Shown one piece after another: positions 58,161 to 64,000 of a stretch of DNA of 64,000 nt. The notes under the pieces are model-generated. The model saw only the letters and a program-made list of their open reading frames with translations. It was not told the DNA's origin and did no database searches. Numbering within the stretch: the first letter of the stretch is position 1; every line of letters starts with the position of its first letter. A program made the translations under genes and the position numbers. The DNA is from Eukaryota sp. TZLM1-RC (Eukaryota; Protista; Metamonada: BaSk clade), in assembly GCA_040285825.1 (NCBI GenBank), contig JAUPSS010000004.1:5919784-5983783 (forward strand). The letters are read 5' to 3'.

Positions 58161-60120
58161 TCATCTCCTCAGCAGAGCATCTGGGCAAATGTATCTTTCC
58201 GGCCACAATTCCGCTTTCTTCTTAATTTGAATATTTTTTGCAGCGGAAATATCTCTGTCATATACTATTTGACACTCAGTACAAATACGCATCTGCCATG
58301 AGCCTGCTTGAATATTCTCGGCCATGCAACAACTTGACATTTTGCTTGTATTAAATTCACTGGTTGACAAGTGCTTCACGTCCTTTTGATAACACAACCA
58401 TTTTCTGAAAGCCCTTGCTGATCCATATCGATTGACTTTTCGGCAATGAGAAGGGAAATTAGCAGAACCCACAGCAAGATAGAGTTTTTCAGGATGTCCA
58501 GCCAGACTTTGAAATTTGTTGAGACTCTCTCTGAACCGTCTCTCTTTTCGTCTGCGGTTATCAAATTTAATTATTTTCCATTTCTGGCGATTACTTTCCA
58601 AATACACTTTCCTCCTGACCAAATTCCAATGGTTCAAATATTGGTTGAAATTTTGAACGGAATATTGGTTGGGAGAGTGTTTACTGGGTGAAGGTTTTGT
58701 CATGTATCTTCTGCCAGTTGGACAAGGGATAACTCCACATTGATTATCATTTAAGAAGTAACCACATAATCTTGATTGGCCAAGATCAACGCCGATAAGG
58801 GGCCTTTCAGGTAAAATTTCGACTGGATGTCTACGTCTTCGACGGGGCATTTTTTTAGTACCCTTCAACTGTGTTTCTCTGGTTTTGTTGGCATTAGGGT
58901 CACTTTTCATTTCACTTTTTGATCTTCTTTTCTTTTTCGGTGGTTCATCCAGCTCATCTGTGTTTTCTGAGTCATTATTTTTACCTTCAAAGGTCAAAAG
59001 CAGTTCATTACCATTAGTTTTCAATAAAATTTTGTTAAATCTATTTTTCAAACTTTTTCTGTTGATATTGAATTTTTGGTAAGGACATTGTTTGAATACT
59101 CGTTTCAGACATGTATTTTTGATAAACTTTGTTTTGGAAGATGATCCTTCAATAATTGGAAATTTTTTTCACAGAGTGGAAAATTTGTGAAGGTACCTCA
59201 ATAAATTTAGAACCTTTATGAGAAGCTAAAGGTATTATTCTAAATTTCTTCCAGCAATGCATATGAGAAAAAGAAAGTGAGTAAGTATTGTGAAATTTTA
59301 AGATTGAAGAGAAAAAGCTCACTAATTTCCTTTGATGAAAAAAGTGATTTTTATCATGTGAGGACAGTAGGGAGGCAGTGGTAGGAAATCTTTGAAAGAG
59401 ATTCAAGATAAACCTACATGCATTCAATAAAAAAAATCTTTCTCTTGAATTATTCAAATTGAAATTGATGAGGTATTCAAGAACAGAATCAACTACTACT
59501 TCCTCGGGTTGGGCTAGTAGTTCATCTGGCAAAAGTGAAAGAATATTATTTGCAAAGACATTTGTTTTATTCAGGGCTCTACAATGAGCACGAATAAAGT
59601 TTTTTGTCCAGGATTGACAAATTTTGGGTAAACATGTCTTAACGTTGGAGGCCAATTGACGAGCACGACAGGCAAGATAAGAAGAAAGCCCTTTTCTATT
59701 GATAAAATTACAGTTCTGGGACTGCAGCCAATCATTGAGGAAAAGATTGAATGAATTTCTGTAAGGCACTAAAGAATTTTCCCACACAGAAACAAGAGAC
59801 CTGTCTTGTGGGCATTCAGGAAGAAATCCATTGTAAAAGATATGGAGTAATTGGCGTTGGCCTTTAGATGTGGAAGGCTTTGGAAAAGAACCAGTGGTGA
59901 TGACGGTCATAAACAGATACCATACATCCTGTTCCACTAAAGCTCTTGATGCCAACGGAAAATTTAGAAGAAAAGATTGAAGTAATAAAGAAGCTTCATG
60001 ACAAATCTCGGTGACCACAGGAAGGTCAGTCCGAATTTGTTGCACCGCTGCAGGGGTCAGCAGCGAGTTAAGTGCACAAGACCGAGTGAATACACGTGAT
60101 ACAGAGGGGGTGTCTGACAT
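58161..60120 (-). CDS. Fanzor1-like RNA-guided RuvC endonuclease (~652 aa; one-base frameshift in A7 at 59163-59169)
   Basis: RuvC-I LIGVDLG, LAVG (Gly at the canonical TnpB Glu site), SEFNTSK, SSCC..CTEC, RuvC-III YDRDISAAKNI, KTNG (TDG-like); N-terminal ORF RSCALNSLL..VTEICHEASLLLQSFLL resembles Fanzor1 N-termini. Confidence 0.85.
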
Positions 60121-60326
60121 GTAGTGAGAATAAAGAGCTCATCTATCAAATTTTACACTTGTCACCCATTTTCGACTTCTGGTTGCCTATTCTGGGAGGT
60201 TTTTAACCCTCAACTTGGTTTTGGGAGGTTTTCACTATTCCCACACTTTCCCCTCACTTCATAAACTAGGTTCATAAACTAGGTATCCTTTGCAATAGTT
60301 TCTGGAATTTCAACACTATGTAACTC

Positions 60327-60755
60327 ATGAAAGACGCTCTCAGCATCATCAACAGATTAGTCCACGATACTTCTTTGTCTAAAGAACGTTTCTTTGTTGG
60401 TTTTGAGGATAGCTTTGGCGGTGTATTCTTCCTACCTCTTCACGATTTTCTTGCCTTATCTGTACCATCTCACAGAATTCGCTACATATCTAAAGGAAAC
60501 TCAATTCTCTGGTCTCGCACAAAATGAATCAACCTTATTGGCTCTGTTGCACCTTCTGTTTCTTTATTCTCATCTCCAACACCTGGTGTTCTCTCCCGAT
60601 ATTTTCCTCCTCATGCTACTGGTAGAAAGAATTTCCAGTTACCCTTCTTCTCTAACATTGTTTCTTGTAGTGTAGGTGTTCATCATACATTGGCACTCTC
60701 TGCTTGTGGTAATTGCTATGGATTTGGTCTGAACAAATCTACCAATTAGGCAACA
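60327..60755 (+). pseudogene. MJ1316 (DUF504/LENG9-type) domain followed in frame by an RCC1-like repeat; in-frame TGA at 60525
   Basis: IINRLVHD..FFVGFEDSFGG..VPSHRIRY..LWSR, then after the TGA: INLIG..IVSCSVGVHHTLALSACGNCYGFGLN. Confidence 0.65.
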
Positions 60756-61129
60756 ACTCAATGGAAAATAAATTCCACAGAAATGATACTATCAATAATG
60801 ATTGAAGTTTGTTAACAATAATTGAGTTCTGCGAAACAGTGAAAAGATTTCTGTATGTATGTTATCATGAAGCTTCAGTTGTTTTGATGAACACACAACC
60901 ATACTTTTATGAACAGCAATTATAAATCCTCTATTAATGAGAAAAACATTAAAACAGCCAACAAAAGATTCACATATTTACACTGTTGTGACAGCATGTC
61001 AATGCTAAAACATTAAAATCAAATAATTAAGCCATATTTATTTCTATGCAATACAAATCCAACTATCCTTGTTGTTGAGCTTTCATTGACAAGCTTCTTC
61101 CTAAAGTTAACAGAATGATCATAAGGTAA

Positions 61130-61358
61130 CAAACCAGCAGCTATAATTTCATCACACAACAATAATTGAGAAGAAATAACAGCAGATGAACGAATCATAT
61201 TTCTTAAAACACAATAGTTGTCCCAAATTCCAAGTTCCTTTGGATCACAGGCTTCTCCAGAAAAGACATCTAAACCAACAATGCCACCCTCTTCGGCTTC
61301 TTCTTGCAAGTTGATAATAGTCTCTTCAGCATCAAGACCAGAGTTTTGAGCAAGTGTT
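61130..61358 (-). pseudogene. CCT6: C-terminal fragment of chaperonin CCT6 (zeta)
   Basis: TLAQNSGLDAEETII..VGLDVFSGE..GIWDNYCVLRNMIRSSAVISSQLLLCDEIIAAG; no upstream part of the gene before 61563. Confidence 0.8.
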
Positions 61359-61386
61359 TATCTCAATAGGTCAGAAACACAAAAAA

Positions 61387-61416
61387 GGGATTAGGGAGGG
61401 ATTAGGGAGGGAAGGG
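61387..61416 (+). repeat. short G-tract cluster with two TTAGGG units
   Basis: GGGATTAGGGAGGGATTAGGGAGGGAAGGG. Confidence 0.6.
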
Positions 61417-61562
61417 AAAAAAAAAGGGATTTGTATTCAACCTAAAATTCAACCACAGTAAGAATTCTCCAACTGAGTAGTTCAGCATCTCAGTTCATTT
61501 TATCCACGTCCACCAATAATCTCAACAGGTTACCACTGTTTGACGTTTTGTGTTATTAGGCG

Positions 61563-62822
61563 ATGTCTAAACTCAATTCTTTACAAACCAAGGTGATTCA
61601 GCTTAAACACACAATCACTACTTATCAAAACTACTGCAAATCACATAATCTTCCTCTTCCACAAGTAAGTGATGTATTTTTCGCTCCAGACACACTCCAG
61701 AAGGTTTCAAATGCGTTCTCGCTTCGTTCTGATCTCAATGACCTTCGCCATGATATCAATGCAGAACTTACCTCAATTGAATCTCAACTACAGTCCTCTC
61801 TTTCCCTTGCTCTGTCGTCTCTACACTCTCATGATGCGCACATATCACAACTTAACCAAGAAATGAGCAGTGTTCAATCACTAAACCAGCAACTTGAGTG
61901 TGAAGTATCTAAATTAAATGAAGCTACTCAATCTCAGAGTCTGCAGCTTTCCGAACTTGAAAATGATTTGATTGAAAAGGAAAGGTTAATAACTGAGCTG
62001 AAAAGCAATCACGATGGCAAGGCGGTCAACCAACAGTTAGAGTTGGTTAATTTACAATCGCAAGTTTCTGATCACCAATCAACAATGTCTAAACTGGAAA
62101 CTGAAATTTCAAAGTTAAGATTCCGAAATTCCCAGTTAATGTCTGAAATTAATGAAAAGGATTTGGAATTAACTAATCAAGTGGCTGAAAATAATATTTT
62201 AGAAACTGAATTTCAACAAATTCAAAAGGAAGCGCAAAATTACAAAAGTCAGTTGAATTCAGCAGAAACACGCGTCACTGAGCTGTTCTCTGAGCTGACA
62301 AGTGTCAAGTCTCAGCTGACAAATATTTGTAGTTCAAAGGACGCGGAATGGATTGAAAAACTTGAAAATTATAAAGATGAGTGGAAGAAGAGCTCAGAAA
62401 AGGATCAGTTATTACTGAAGAGACAATTAGAATCACGTTTCAAAAGGGAAACTGATGAATTGAGGGGTAGAAATGAATATTTAGCGGAATTACTTAATGA
62501 TACTGAAGCAAAGTGCAAAAAGTTAGAAGTTTCACAGAAGGAACATCTACAGTCGATAGCGACTTTACAGTCTGATAAACGTGACATGCAAAAAACAGTG
62601 GATTCTTTGAAGATGGAAAATTTGGAATTAAGATCAGCAAGTCAGCCCAGTAATTCAGTCAATTTTGAATTAGAAATTGAACAATTAGAGAAGACTTTGG
62701 AGCGTTTATTAGTAACAATTCGGAAAAAAGATGATGAAATAAGTCAACTAAGAAGAACAATAAAGGCTGAGTGTTCAGAACGAATGGCTTTAAAACAGAA
62801 GTTGGCTTCAATCAAAAAATGA
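61563..62822 (+). CDS. coiled-coil protein, C-terminus LEKR1-like
   Basis: 419 aa heptad-rich; EISQLRRTIKAECSERMAL resembles the LEKR1 C-terminal motif. Confidence 0.7.
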   Translation: MSKLNSLQTKVIQLKHTITTYQNYCKSHNLPLPQVSDVFFAPDTLQKVSNAFSLRSDLNDLRHDINAELTSIESQLQSSLSLALSSLHSHDAHISQLNQEMSSVQSLNQQLECEVSKLNEATQSQSLQLSELENDLIEKERLITELKSNHDGKAVNQQLELVNLQSQVSDHQSTMSKLETEISKLRFRNSQLMSEINEKDLELTNQVAENNILETEFQQIQKEAQNYKSQLNSAETRVTELFSELTSVKSQLTNICSSKDAEWIEKLENYKDEWKKSSEKDQLLLKRQLESRFKRETDELRGRNEYLAELLNDTEAKCKKLEVSQKEHLQSIATLQSDKRDMQKTVDSLKMENLELRSASQPSNSVNFELEIEQLEKTLERLLVTIRKKDDEISQLRRTIKAECSERMALKQKLASIKK

Positions 62823-63722
62823 TTGTTTAATCAAATAGTCGTTTTTTCTGATTTATTTATTTAAGCCATGGAGATTGGTTTTGTGAGCTATTTTATATGA
62901 ATTTATTTTCTTTTTATTATTATTTATTTTATTTATTTATTTATTTTATTTTTTTTATTTTCTGTCTGCATATTTAGCGAGCATTCTTCCACTCAGACCT
63001 TGGTCAAGTGTGTGGTGCCATCAAAAGTAAAACTAATTTTGTGCACAACCTCCTCATTATAAAAGCTACACTCTTTGCTGTAATGACATAAACCACATTT
63101 ACTATGTTTTATTGCATTCATGGTAAAGTGCAATCAAATAAGAAATAACTATAGTGGTATAAGCATCATAATTAATTTCATAATAAATTCCTACAATTAA
63201 TAATGACACAAGTCTGCAAATTGTATGGAATTTCCAAGAAATGTACCAGACCATTACAAGAATTCAAGTTAATTCCCCCTAATCACCCCTTCAAGAGTGA
63301 AATCTAAATCTATTTATTATTCTTAAGTGGACGAATATTGTTTCTGTTTTACAACTGAGTTCTTGAAATATTAAATGTAATAACCACTTTTCCGATGCCA
63401 AATAAGGAACAAAACATGACCACTTGTTTGTTGGTTCCGTTTTGAACATAATTGAGGGTCAATACATAACATAGATTGAAAAAATTGTTAAACCGAAGTT
63501 CTGGTCCATATGCAGGGCTTGGAAATAAGCTGTGATTGAGACAATCTGTGAACGAAAAGCCGATTGTTCATGTGGATCCATTGGTGAAGATTGCGTTTCG
63601 GCATCATGACAATTTTTACTCCAGACTCTGATGTCTAAGATGTCGATCATGTCTCTTGACATGTTTGATGCATTAAGGGTTTCTGTTATTCTTGGTGTGA
63701 GTTTCCATCACATCTGTTACTC

Positions 63723-64000
63723 ATGAACGACAACCTTCTTTACCTTAAAAGACCACATACATCCTGTCCATTTGAACCAGACCCTCACTCCTTGAACAAT
63801 GTTTATCCTGGGGACCCCGAGTCAAAACTTCCTGAATCAAGAGATACTCTTTTCAAAAACTTTCTCGAAAGTGTCCAGCGTTATCCAAACCGAGAAGCCT
63901 TTGGTAGAAGGGTTGAAAACGATGGAAATGTTTCCTTCGACTATTTATCGTACACTCAAGCTCTGAAACAAGTAGAAAGTATCAGTGGCGGTTTCGCTTC
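63723..64000 (+). CDS. long-chain acyl-CoA synthetase, N-terminal part (runs off window)
   Basis: Manual translation MNDNLL..DTLFKNFLESVQRYPNREAFGRR..YLSYTQALKQVESISGGF matches the ACSL N-terminal pattern. Confidence 0.75.
   Translation, partial: MNDNLLYLKRPHTSCPFEPDPHSLNNVYPGDPESKLPESRDTLFKNFLESVQRYPNREAFGRRVENDGNVSFDYLSYTQALKQVESISGGFA

Noticed and set aside
59052-59148. Intron joining the two Fanzor ORFs
   Set aside because: The downstream frame is open across the gap, so a one-base indel is simpler; no convincing GT..CTAA..AG seen
60525-60527. TGA as selenocysteine or a sign of an alternative genetic code
   Set aside because: It aligns with Arg, a frameshift follows downstream, and intact genes such as B9D2 end in TGA

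Overview
AT-rich, gene-dense eukaryotic DNA in the standard genetic code, almost intron-free. Ciliary genes (B9D2, BROMI-like, WDR54-like) point to a flagellated protist. Host genes are B9D2, Sua5, a WD40 protein, a BROMI-like protein, Arp3, Rpn12 (one 38-nt intron), RBMX2/Ist3, tRNA-Ser(AGA), a 2462-aa protein with ~30 x 49-aa repeats, a coiled-coil protein and the start of a long-chain acyl-CoA synthetase. They are interspersed with many 5'-truncated copies of several CRE-like RLE-type non-LTR retrotransposon families. One near-intact full-length copy sits in a cluster associated with (TTATA)n microsatellites. The window also holds a ~32-copy 5S rRNA array with internal higher-order structure, a degenerate Ty3/gypsy element and a probable family-B DNA polymerase relic. 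The main highlight is a Fanzor1-type (eukaryotic TnpB/Cas12-related) RNA-guided nuclease gene at 58161-60120 (-). It has an intact D-E-D RuvC triad, is split only by one extra base in an A7 run, and is followed by a hairpin-rich non-coding segment that is a candidate omegaRNA. No transposase is nearby. All family assignments come from motif recognition by eye, not database searches.
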